Origin: Spizellomyces punctatus DAOM BR117
Lineage: Eukaryota
Length of the DNA stretch: 64,000 nucleotides
Assembly: GCA_000182565.2 (NCBI GenBank)
Contig: KQ257453.1
Reading direction: 5' to 3' (one strand)
Notes under the pieces: generated by a model
The model's input: the letters and a program-made list of their open reading frames with translations, nothing else
The model's database searches: none
What the model was told of the DNA's origin: nothing
Program-made: the position numbers and the translations under genes
Shown here: positions 24,392 through 35,200 of the stretch, piece by piece
Layout: every line of letters starts with the position of its first letter
Position numbering within the stretch: position 1 is the first letter of the stretch

Positions 24392-27064
24392 TCAATCTGG
24401 GCGGTGGCCAGAATCCGACAATAAGGATTGCGACAACAGCCGCAGGGTCTGGAGCCGGTGATACATTGCATCCGGCAATGCTGTTGATTCATTGCCTTTG
24501 TTCTTTAATTGGTGCAACGCTGCTCTAGATTCGCTCGAGNNNNNNNNNNNNNNNNNNNNNNNNNNNNNNNNNNNNNNNNNNNNNNNNNNNNNNNNNNNNN
24601 NNNNNNNNNNNNNNNNNNNNNNNNNNNNNNNNNNNNNNNTATGACGCGATAAGTGGTGGCTCTACCGCCGGGTGCCATGGGCGATGCTCGGGCCGATCTA
24701 TGATGGGCTCCAGTGCACCATAGGCACCGCACCTTCCCGTACGGGCTTTGTTTTGGTGTCTCGGGCCTTGCATTATTTTCAGGACCTGGGCTATTGTTGA
24801 TATATTAGATCAGCTCACATTCGACAAGATCTTCGACTTACCGGTTCTGATATGCTGCTTCCTGATAACTTCAAACTCGGCACGCAGCAGTTTCGCACCT
24901 TCGTCTCCAAGCCGATATGTTCGACGAAGTTCTAATTTGACTTTTAGGTGATCCGGAAAGGCATGAAAATCCACTCCAGCTTACCTCTTTCGTGTTGTAC
25001 CTTCAGCTTTGACAGTTTGTCTCTCAAGGCGCTTACATCTTGTCTACTGTCTTCAATTTCCTTTTCTTTTTGCTCCAAGTTGGTGGAAATTACTCTGGAT
25101 TTCTTGAACTTGGTAGTTAGCGTTGGAGACCGATGTCTGATTGTCGCGACTGCCTACCTCTTGTTCTTCTTTAAGTTCAAATGTTATCTGATTTAGCCGG
25201 GCACACATGTCTGCTTGAGATGTTTCAAGGTCGGCTACTTTCCGTAATACTACAGTGTGTGCCGTTGGTGAGCATGTCTTATACATGTGGCATCCGATAT
25301 ACACTTACATTCTTGCCGCTCCTCTTCAAACACTTTTGCATCTTCATCAACCCGCTTCATGAGGACATCACGCTCCTCAATGAGTTGAGATATCCGGTCG
25401 TGAAGCAACTGTATTTCGGGTTCCGTCTATGCCAACGGTTACACAGCATTAGTTAACGGGGACGTCATACAGGATACTTTGGCACATACTTCTTCTATGA
25501 TTTGCTGTTGCCCTTGTGAGAAATTGGTCACGTCTTGTTTATGTTTATCGTCAATAGGTGCTGGCCTATGCTTTTGCATACCTGTTGGTCTTAGGTGAGT
25601 CGCAAGTGTATTCGAAGTCCTGACCAGTAATCGATTAGATAAATACATACTTCTGACGACCGCTAGCCTGTCAGCAGCGAATTCAATCCGGCTTGACAAC
25701 ATATGCATCTTTCTTTCGGCAGTCTGTACGAATCTGTTCTGCATCCCACAACCGACATGTTCCATCCTGGAAGAAAGTGTAAAGATAAAGAAACAATGGC
25801 AGGTCCATGAGGCACTGACCAATTCTCTACTGTCTCGAGAACATGCTTATGCTCTGCTATTCTGCGTGCATCCACGGCCTGCACTTCAGTTGCGATTCGC
25901 TGTAAGATAGTTAGCGTCTGGTGGTCATTTTGGACTGCAACAGTCGACCTACTTTCCGAGTATCGCGCTCTAGCTCCAGAGAAGCTTCCTTGATTCGGAG
26001 CAATTCAGCGGAAATTTGCAGTTGCTGCTGCAACGCCTCATTTTCTTGGCGCTGTTCACCTAGCTATGAAATGTTAGTCGTAAGGATGAAGGTATGTCCG
26101 TTCTTATTCAGCGACAAGCATTCTACCTTCACTTCCCAAGCGCGCCTATCCTGATCGAATTCTGCCATCTGCAGCTTATTGTGTACAAGAAGCTCGAACA
26201 CTTTTCGTCGCCAGCTGTGTCCTTTGCAAACTTTGTAATCTGCCACATTCCGTATGCATCATTGCAGCTGCGTACCACGTAAGGAGATCTTCCCGAGCGG
26301 TCACCATGGACAAATGTTTCATTTCTTTATCAGGACTTGAGACTTGGCCTTCTCGAATGTCATTTATCCTTTCAAAGGCACTGATCTGAATCTTGAGCAG
26401 GTCCACAGTTTTTGTGAGTTCCTGTATTTGTTTATCTTTGTCCTTCAAGGCCCTCATCAGTTAGCTTGATCAGGAATAAGGTCAATTCCTGTTGTCCCTA
26501 CCTCCAACGGCGCCGCTGGTTGATTGGGATCGACAGCTGCCAATGGACTGGCTGCCATGCCTTGTAGATAGCATTTCAGAAGTCCGTTTTCCTCCCTTAA
26601 CTCCTCCAACTGTTCATTGTACTGGTATGGATAGGAAATATTTGGCGTGGCCTGCTGTGCAATTGTAGAACTCTGGTTTGACAGTCACATTAGTATCACC
26701 TTACCGACTGCAGGAAGGGTAGAGTGAGTTATACCTTTCCGGTCAACGAGAGTAAAGGACTGTGCGAGCAATTGTGCGGACTGGGTTGGAGTATCCTGCT
26801 CGACAAGTGGGGCAATGGTTGGAATTCCGAGCTCACACTGTCCATACCGTATCGTGACAAGCACTTTGATGGTGCGGGTGGATAAAATGTGTGCTGTAGG
26901 GTAGTTTCGCTTGGTGCCTCACTCATAAAGCTTTTTCCACAAGAATTGTTACACTCCACACTTTGACTTGTGTCTGCCTCCGTGATCTCCGCCCCACTTG
27001 AACCTGAAGGAACCTGAAAGGCACTTGTCGGGATTGAGTCTCCGTCAAACTTGGACGTTGGCAT
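24392..27064 (-). CDS. CCHCR1 (HCR)-like coiled-coil protein, multi-exon, interrupted by an assembly gap
   Basis: ELTKTVDLLKIQISAFERINDIREGQ...DLLT|..WRRKVFELLV resembles the CCHCR1 block (LLQVRVQSL...WREKVFALMV, recalled). Coiled-coil exons follow, and an open frame beyond the gap ends ...RLQTLRLLSQSLLSDSGHRPD*. Confidence 0.6.
24540..24639. other. Scaffold gap (100 N)
   Basis: Run of N bases. Confidence 1.
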
Positions 27065-27466
27065 CAGTTTTATTGTTAGTCATGGTGCTGCACCGGCTTG
27101 TCGATTGCGTTTTGGGCATTGCCATGGCCTGTCGAGTCGTTGGGTCAGATCTGCTGCGCAACAAGAGTCGAATCACGTGCGGTCACATGCCTGATCGTGC
27201 TTACGAGTGTCAAACAGCGCTGCTTTTAGGGCCAAGGTGTTTGCGTCTTTGGCCAGTATTCTGCCAGTTGTACAGCTTGCCATGATGGGCATACCAACTA
27301 ATTGGAGGAAATTTCCAATGGTCTCGATGTCGACATACGGATTTGTGAGTTAGGACGGATTGTTGGGCATCGATGTGGCAATTACGGCCATGTTGAAAGG
27401 GTCAATGTTTGTATTTATCTCAATTGTTATGACCTTACATGAATTTGGATACTGAAAATGATAAGT

Positions 27467-28850
27467 CTATTTTTTGAAGAAGCTGGATATACTTTTCATT
27501 CCTTCTCTATTTGCTTTCGCTAATGAGCGCTGGCCCACCGTTAGCTTCTTTTTCTGGAAAAGCTTGTAAGCATCAGAAACACTACCATCATAGATACAGG
27601 GTTGAATACCTTCGCGGTAGGATGATCGGCGTCTGCCGTATTCTTCTGTGAAAGAGGTCGCTTCACCACGTTATCAAAGTAGACATAATCTGATGCTTCC
27701 TGTTCGTCTTTGAAACTAATATCTGAAGTCAGCCTACACTCATAAGCAGTTTCTGGTAAAAATAGAATATCGGCCTACCCATAAGATTCTCTTAGTTTTT
27801 CAATCCAAGACGGTGGAAGACAGTCACCCAGTATGCGGATGACAACCCGTAATCGCGAGTCTGAAGTTAGATCGATGACAATGAGCGATCACGCAGAGAA
27901 TAAGTGTTTCTCAAACATGTGGATACCTGCCATGTTTTTGAGTCTCATCCATGTGTTTCTCGCCGCTTGTAAACCTTTCCAACATTTGATAGTCGTTGTA
28001 TCTTGTCAACAATCGTGTAGCCTGCACATAATAGCGATCAGGACGACATTGTCAACAGATGATGTCCAAAGTTTATGCACACCTTTGCCTTCAACCATGA
28101 CAATGTTTTATCATCGTTCAATCTGAAGAACTGCATTCCTGGAGCCGGAACTGGATTCAATGTGTCAATTTGGCATTCCTGGCACAGATTCTCTGTCCAG
28201 AGTACCGAATCTTCAACGCACCATTAGAGTCACAAATAACGAGGAGCTTCTCGGGCAGATTTTTGAGGCCGTGTAGCCTAGTCAATGATATGTACGTTTC
28301 ATCGTGCAACAGATCGTCCAACGTAAGGAAGATGCCAGGGGATTCTGATGTCTGCCAGATATATTGTGAGAATCGTCTTTGGGTTGTCTATTGATTCTAG
28401 CACGGCGCATCTACCTTTTTCCTTCGCTTCTCCAAAATTGGAAGAAGTAGAAATAGGGGATCAAAAGGAGAAAATATGTACAAGCTTCCATCTGCGTTTG
28501 CCGGTAATTAGAAATAAGACCTGCATTCGATGGTAAGGCGGCTGCCTCATGCGTCATGTTACCTTTCTGAACCAAGTTGTCTACAAACCACGAAGCACTT
28601 TCCTCCGAGTCTACCAGCTGCATCTCGAGCAAACAAGGCTCTTCCTCCCGAATAATGAAACAAGTAGCATCTCCTGCAAGTAGATGTCAGAAAATGCCCT
28701 CGTGTCGGGCGAAGCGTTTTCAATTACAGAGTCAGGCTTTAGCCAACCTGTTCTGGGATGTGGAAGTCGTACTACTACAGTTGTGGAAAGGGTATCGGAT
28801 GCTCCTGCTGGGGTATCTGGGGTCCTCTGTATACAGATTCTCTGTGCCAT
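27467..28850 (-). CDS. RNH202: Ribonuclease H2 subunit B, multi-exon
   Basis: RLPHPRT, SWFVDNLVQK|DGSLYIFSPFDPLFLLLPIL, FFRLNDDKTLSWLKAK, and the C-terminal PIP box GMKSISSFFKK*. Confidence 0.88.
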
Positions 28851-28982
28851 TAAGAATGGGTTGACAATGTGATTGGCCAAAGGTGAAGGCTGGAGGTCGA
28901 CAAACTAGCAGAATTTCTAAATGGCATAAAAGCAGGGATCTTTTGGCGGATTTACAACCTTGTCCGAAAACGTCCGGACATA

Positions 28983-30435
28983 TTACGTAATCTTCTCCGC
29001 CATTATGCGCTGCACCTCATGCCCAACGACGTGGAGAGACGGATTATCCAGCTCTTTGATTAGCGAAAGTATCGCAAATAATATGTTATTCTGCTGTAAA
29101 GGCTAGAGCTAGTTAGTGGACATGCGTTAATGTGCACGACTTTGTTTCCTCACATACCGTCGTCGATTTGCGGCTGTCATCCTCATCTTCTCTACTACTT
29201 TCGGCCACTTGAGCGTCTAATGAAGCGGCGCGTATTCTATCCTTTACTTGACCCAACTAAAAATAAAAAATCCATTAATAAATCATCTCTCGCGAGCTTC
29301 AGTCTGCTAGTAATCTTTACCTCTTCAGCGTGAACCAGCCACGTCGGCCTCCGCTTTTGAACAGCATCAGATGGCCGTATATCACCCTTGTTTTGAGGGT
29401 TCGTCCTTGGAGGCGTAGGAAACCGCTCTTGCTTTGTTGCTGGAGAATGCTGTTTCTGGCCGGCTCCCAGATTTGGAGGAATTCCGCCTGCTCCATATGC
29501 TGAGCTGCTAAATTTCTAAATCGAACGTAATGCTCAGAACATTGTGTAGTCCCCCTATGTTGAAAAGCAGCATACCTCATGTACTGCAGTAGGACTCGTA
29601 AAAACTGATTGGTCATCATCCGTCCGCCGTCGTGGACGGCCGATGCGTCCATCCGGGTTTTGATGGGGCATCCCCACAACCTCCAGTCCAGACCCCCGGA
29701 TATGTTGCTCCTCCCGTTCCCGGGGTTCGTCACGCATCCAGGTAGGAGTCGGAGCTGCTGACGATGGTGATGGCCGAGAAGGGGAAGCTTGAAAAAGACC
29801 AGTTTCAAAAGTGGGTAAAAGGTCACTTGATAAGAAAGCCGATCGAGCTTGCATTCAACTCACCATTGGTGACCGGTCCCATGGCAAGCACCTCCTCCCG
29901 CTCGCGATCTGTTACATCCCGATCGTCCAATTTCCGAAGCTGAGGTAGTAGACGCAGCACCATCTGCCGGTAATCAGGCCGCTGAGCGATCGGATTCTCG
30001 CTCAACCACAAGACACGCAGCTTGGACAGGTTGCGCAAGTGGTACAGCTCTCCAGGATCGGATACATTATTACGGCGAAGATACAATTCTATCAAATTTG
30101 TCAGGTTTCGAAATGGTGCCAGGGAGGTCAAAGAACTTACGCGAATACAAACGTTAGGTCAGATTGTGCAGCGAGTGGAAGTCGTGTCTTACATGCTGCT
30201 TACTTTATGGCCAGTGAAAGAACTTCCAAGTTGACTAGTCGCTGAAGAACTGTTACATCGGTCAAGTTTTGGCCCCACAAGTTCAAATTTCTTATACTCG
30301 CTTGCAACAAACATACAGTCAAAATGACAGAAAGCCAAAGAAACTAGTCGTATTCTGCTTACCTAGATCAGTAATGGTTTTCTTTGAAGCGCCTCTAGCT
30401 CTACCCAAGACCTGTGCTTCCGTTAGCTGCACCAT
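28983..30435 (-). CDS. CFAP410: Cilia- and flagella-associated LRR protein CFAP410 (C21orf2), multi-exon
   Basis: MVQLTEAQVLGRAR, NLNLWGQNLTDV, LIELYLRRNNV, LRVLWLSENP, YRQMVLRLLPQLRKLDD, and C-terminal NILFAILSLIKELD. Confidence 0.88.
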
Positions 30436-31384
30436 ACTGTCGATTATATCGGTTATCTGGAAGAGAAGCAACCACGAGACAAACGCGGCTATGACAAACA
30501 CGGCGGAATGCCCGAAAATCCCAAATCTTGAGGGTTCAGGGATTTAAACGTCTTTAATGGTCGGAGGTTTTTTTTAGTGATCCACGACAGTTAACATCAT
30601 AGCGAATGGGTTCGTAATGGCAATGTATTTTATTTTTCGCTATACTGCGGATGTGTATGTTCGAGGGTGAACGTCACTTTCAAGTGGATAATTTGTCGCG
30701 CCTTTATAGTAAGGTTGGAAATAGCGTCAACATTGGTGCAAAGACTTTCCCATTTAGCAGACGAGGCTTTTGATTTGGACATCTCCGCTATGGCATCGCC
30801 TGCTCATGTCATTCGAAGGACGAAGCAAGGGAAATCACAAGAACAGGTCCCATCAAGAATCAATGTGCCATGACAAGTACCCAGATCAACAAAGATCAAG
30901 CCAGGCTCGATTCTACAAAGGGAATGAATGAACATTTATAGATTTCGCTGGACTACATGGAAAGGACTTGGTAATTGACATTGAAAGTTTCAAATACTCC
31001 CAAATATATTGATCAGCCAAAGGTCATCATGTCATAACCCCACCACCTGTTCTCTATCTCGTTTCTAAGATATTCCAAACACCTAATAGCCCTGAAGGTT
31101 CATGAACGACCATTATCTGGTAATGATGGTCGGGCTACTGATATGTACAGCCGCTTCTGTGCAGAGGTACCACCTCGATTATGTGTCTCATCAATCTGCC
31201 TTCTGTAGCTTTCAGTCATCGACCGGGTCAACGAACAGGTGACAGCGTTTTCCAGCCCGGGTAACAGTACAACACTGTTACTCCCACTGCCTGCCCGACC
31301 GGACCAGCAACAGAATCCAGAGTTTCATATCTCCACTCGCAAGGCTCTTCTGATCAATGTCTAATCTAGATAACGTCCCGACAT

Positions 31385-31969
31385 TCAGTCAGTTTGGAAG
31401 TCACCTTCCCACGTTTCCACAACGCATCTAACTTCAGTAGGCTTATTGTTTTTGAACTTTTCAACAGAATGGTATCGAGCATTGAACTCGTCAAAGATTT
31501 GTTCTCCCATGGTTAAGGCACATCCGTCCGGTTGAAAGTAGGCGCGAAACCCATAGTCTTTTCCCCTCGGAGGCTGAACAATTTGTCCAGGAGTGCTGGA
31601 CCGGTACAGGTGAATGTGATTCTCATGACGTATTCCAAGAATGCAAACGAAGGCGGCGCGAGTTCCATTGGCAATGTTCGGCAACTCGCCCAACAGCCAT
31701 TTGACGTTCGGTCCTATCTGCATACCTTCAATATCTAAGCTAGTATCGTCTACAAGAACGGGCGCATCAGCTGGAAATTGGGAAGCCTTGTATTGAACGA
31801 TTGTAAAAGGGTCGGAGGACACTGGTTCGCGGATATCTATTGTTGTACTTTTGACTTCCATTGGGGATAGATACCGCTGAAATTCCGCTTTTTTATGGGC
31901 ATTTGATGTGTTCACGAGAACAGTCTTCCCTTTTCCCATAACACTGTGCTCACAAGTTGCGACTGTCAT
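31385..31969 (-). CDS. Intronless Ham1/ITPase-family non-canonical NTP pyrophosphatase, divergent
   Basis: NTSNAHKKAEF, IDIREP, YKAS, VLVDDTSLDI, GPNVKWL, GQIVQPPRG; single 194-aa ORF. Confidence 0.8.
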   Translation of the reverse strand: MTVATCEHSVMGKGKTVLVNTSNAHKKAEFQRYLSPMEVKSTTIDIREPVSSDPFTIVQYKASQFPADAPVLVDDTSLDIEGMQIGPNVKWLLGELPNIANGTRAAFVCILGIRHENHIHLYRSSTPGQIVQPPRGKDYGFRAYFQPDGCALTMGEQIFDEFNARYHSVEKFKNNKPTEVRCVVETWEGDFQTD

Positions 31970-32039
31970 CCTGCGGTTGATGCCTGTTGTCTATGCAAGA
32001 GTTCGTCGGTGGGGAATGGCAAGTTGCAAAGCGTGGCTT

Positions 32040-32222
32040 CCTGAAACAGTCGCGAAGTGGCTTATACATCACGTGAAAACAAAATCGGACTTTCGGACAT
32101 GACTTTCGTCGCGCTGGTCCTGAACGCGAACACTCTCAACCTTTCGAGCCGGGTTGGACGTGACGACGAACCCCCGTCGAGGCCTTCCGTTGCTGGACCA
32201 AATCAAAGGCTTGGGGTTCACC
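32040..32222. promoter_or_regulatory. Divergent promoter between the Ham1-like and Ki-67-like genes, with CGCG-core motifs and an E-box
   Basis: CGCGAA at 32051-32056 and 32125-32130, CGCG at 32110-32113, TCACGTGA at 32069-32076. Confidence 0.4.
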
Positions 32223-35200
32223 ATGGAGTCAAGCCACGCAGAAGATGTCGACTATGGCAGAGTTGTCGCCATCCGAAAAACTGGCGAAGATGCTGGGTAG
32301 GAAGCGCACGCGGAGACATTAATGTTGATTTGCAAAATCGCAACAGTAACTCACTTTCATGGTCTTCAACGACAGATTTATGCGCATCACTCAATCCGAT
32401 TTCACTATCGGAAGGTAAGGACAAAGTTTTCATTATTGCGGCCGTGGCGACTTGCACTGTGTGGGTCCTGACAGTTGTGGCCAAGAAAGAGATTTGAGCT
32501 GCGACATCAAAATTCGCCTCCTCACTGTGAGCAGAGTTCACGCAGTACTACAGGTGGACAAGAAGACTCGCAGAGTATGTTTGCTGGAAAAAAGTCTTCC
32601 ATTTCACGTCCAATAATTGCTCGCGGCCTCACATTACATCCCAGGTGACTGTAACTTGCCGAAGCCCACAGGGTCTTTTGGTGAATAAGGAAACTATAGC
32701 TTTGCAAAGAAAAGTTTTGCTCAAAAATGGGGATGTCATTGACATACAAGGCCGACGATTTCGCTTTGAGAATTCAACTGGTGTCCCATCCACAGGATTT
32801 GCGCATGACTCCCGACAAACAAACAATGCGCTGTCCGGTTCACCCCTTCACATTTTTCCCGCGGAAGAATTGGAATTCCAACGACCATGTGCATCAGTTG
32901 CTACAAAATCTCTTTCTGTGACCAATACCTTGTCGGATGCATCGATATACATTAACGTCAAGACCAATGCTCCAGACCGCTACCGAATCTCCCCAGCTAC
33001 TGGATCCATAGCTCCAGGAGATACTCTCAACATACTGATTTCCTTGCATATACATGAGGGACCTACTGAAAGTGACGTTTCGATGGATAACGTGACGGTT
33101 AAAGGCATCAAGGTGCCGGCGGACTGTGTAGATCTGGGTGGCGAAGATTTGGCAGGAAAGCTACAAGATTTGCTGCAGCGGGCGCAGGAACTGGGGGAAA
33201 GTTCTTCAAAAGCACAATCAGACAGTCTACTGGAGAGGACGTTGAAATGCGTTTATGTTGATCGTGCGACTGATGTGAATGTCGCAGGGACAAGTGGAAC
33301 CCCGTCTGAGGCAAAAGCGCAAGTGGGAAGAAAGGAAACTGCCAATGGGGAGCTAATGGCGTCTAAAAGCATTGCGACTGCTGCTGACGACCCAGCACCA
33401 CGACGGATCGACCGCTCACGTGCCCGCAAAACACTTTCAGCGAGCAGCCTTCCAACTCTCATTAAAACTGGAGCTGCTCGTTCCGTACGCCCTGCAACAA
33501 AATCCACGCTCCAAAATACATCCACATCCACTGATGGGTCTTTTTGGCAGCAAATGGACAAAGTACTAACCGCCACCAATCAGCCAGTCAAGCCGCCTCA
33601 AGCGACGGGCAAGACCAACACTCCAAACTCCCGGCGTCAGGGTGTAGCCGCCGGTGCGAAGAGTGTGCCCGCTAAAGAACAGAGGCGGGGAGCTGCCGGG
33701 GTTACGGCTCCTCGACGCGCCTCAACTTTATTTGGTTACGCGGTGCATCCGTCTTTGAAAGATCTGAGCCTTGCGGACAGTGAGCCCACGCTGAGGAGCA
33801 TAACCAACGCGAAGCCTACTGATCACCCGATCCCTCCCGAAAATAAGTCATGCGATGATAAGCGCAAATCGCCGCCAAGTTCTCCTTCCCACACCGGCGA
33901 CGAACGTGAACCTGCTGATTCAGATACAAGCCTTTCCACAAAAGCAACCACTTCGGACAGCACTCCAAAGCGTCTACCTTCCACCAAGCCGCCCAGCCCT
34001 CTGCCGAAAGCGGTCGATACAGTGGAGCATGCGACGAGTCCGACAGCAAAGGTGTTGACACAATCGCCCACATCTACCGGTGATACACCTCCGAGAAAGA
34101 GTCCAGAAGATGTCCCCGAAGATCAACCGTCAACCTCTCCCTTTGTTCCGATATCGAATCCTCTAATTGTCCTCGAGGGTCAGGCTGCCGAGGAGAACCT
34201 CCAGGACGCTAAGCGGGAAGAGAGCGACAACGTCTCTCTTCTCAACGCAAACCTGTCCCCGGACGAGGTTATTCCCGACGGTACACTTGCGCAGGAGACC
34301 CCCGCTACCGACAGAATCCAGGAGATTGAAGTAGACGACGACGACAAAAATCCATCGTGCTCGCAAGAGACTGATGAGCACGCGAACCAGGCTGACGAGG
34401 GCTCCGCTGCCTTAACTCCTCCGGTAAGCGATCTGCTCACGCCTGGTCGAAGCCTGAGTTCAAAATCGAAAAAGGGCGTTACCTTTGGACCTCCGGTAAG
34501 AACTTTGTCACTTCAAATTCATTTCATTGATACTAATTCTAGTCCTTAAAGCTGTCTCCCGAGGTCTTCGATGAAACTCTTCCGATCAATTCACCCGTAG
34601 TACGGGGCAGGCAAGTGCTGCTCTCAAGGGAAGTCGGAAAGCGGTCCATTCTTAAATCGCAGGAACATTTACGACGGGAAGCGGAAGAGGCGTTGAGAGT
34701 CGCCAGCGAACTCGCCCAAACCAGTGAGTCTGAGCCTGTTCTTCAAGATCCGGGAAAGCATGGAAACACCAGAGAAACTGGTAATGCTGGGGAGGCAGAA
34801 GAGGATAAGAACTCGGATATTGAGAATGGCGATGTGGATACCTTGGCATTCCAATCCATTCCTTCTATTTCAGAAATAGTGGAAAATGATGGTGGAGATG
34901 GGAAAGTGCCGGTCACCTCAGACGCCATTGAGTCGACAAAGCAGAGGGATGGAGAGAATGGAGAGTTTGGCGTTGCTCAAATTGAAACCGAGCCTTCTGC
35001 TGGTGCCGCACACGTCGCCGCGACAGTTTCGGAAAGCAGAAAGAGTAGTAGAAGGAAGAAATCCACTGATAGGATCAAACCTGATGACGTGCAGGAAGGT
35101 AGTGAAACCCTCGCAGTGGAAGCCCAGCCTCCACCATCTAGCCCTGCTGAAAGTGCCGAAGAGCCCTCCGACAATAAGAGACGCGGCCGAAAGCGGGGTT

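Noticed and set aside
27117-27131. TTGCCATGGC X-box (RFX)-like palindrome upstream of the CCHCR1-like gene
   Set aside because: It lacks both terminal GTT and AAC half-site bases; too degenerate to call.
30550-31380. Possible small spliced gene between CFAP410 and the Ham1-like gene
   Set aside because: Some splice-like signals and short frames exist, but I could not build a coherent model or recognise a product; unresolved.
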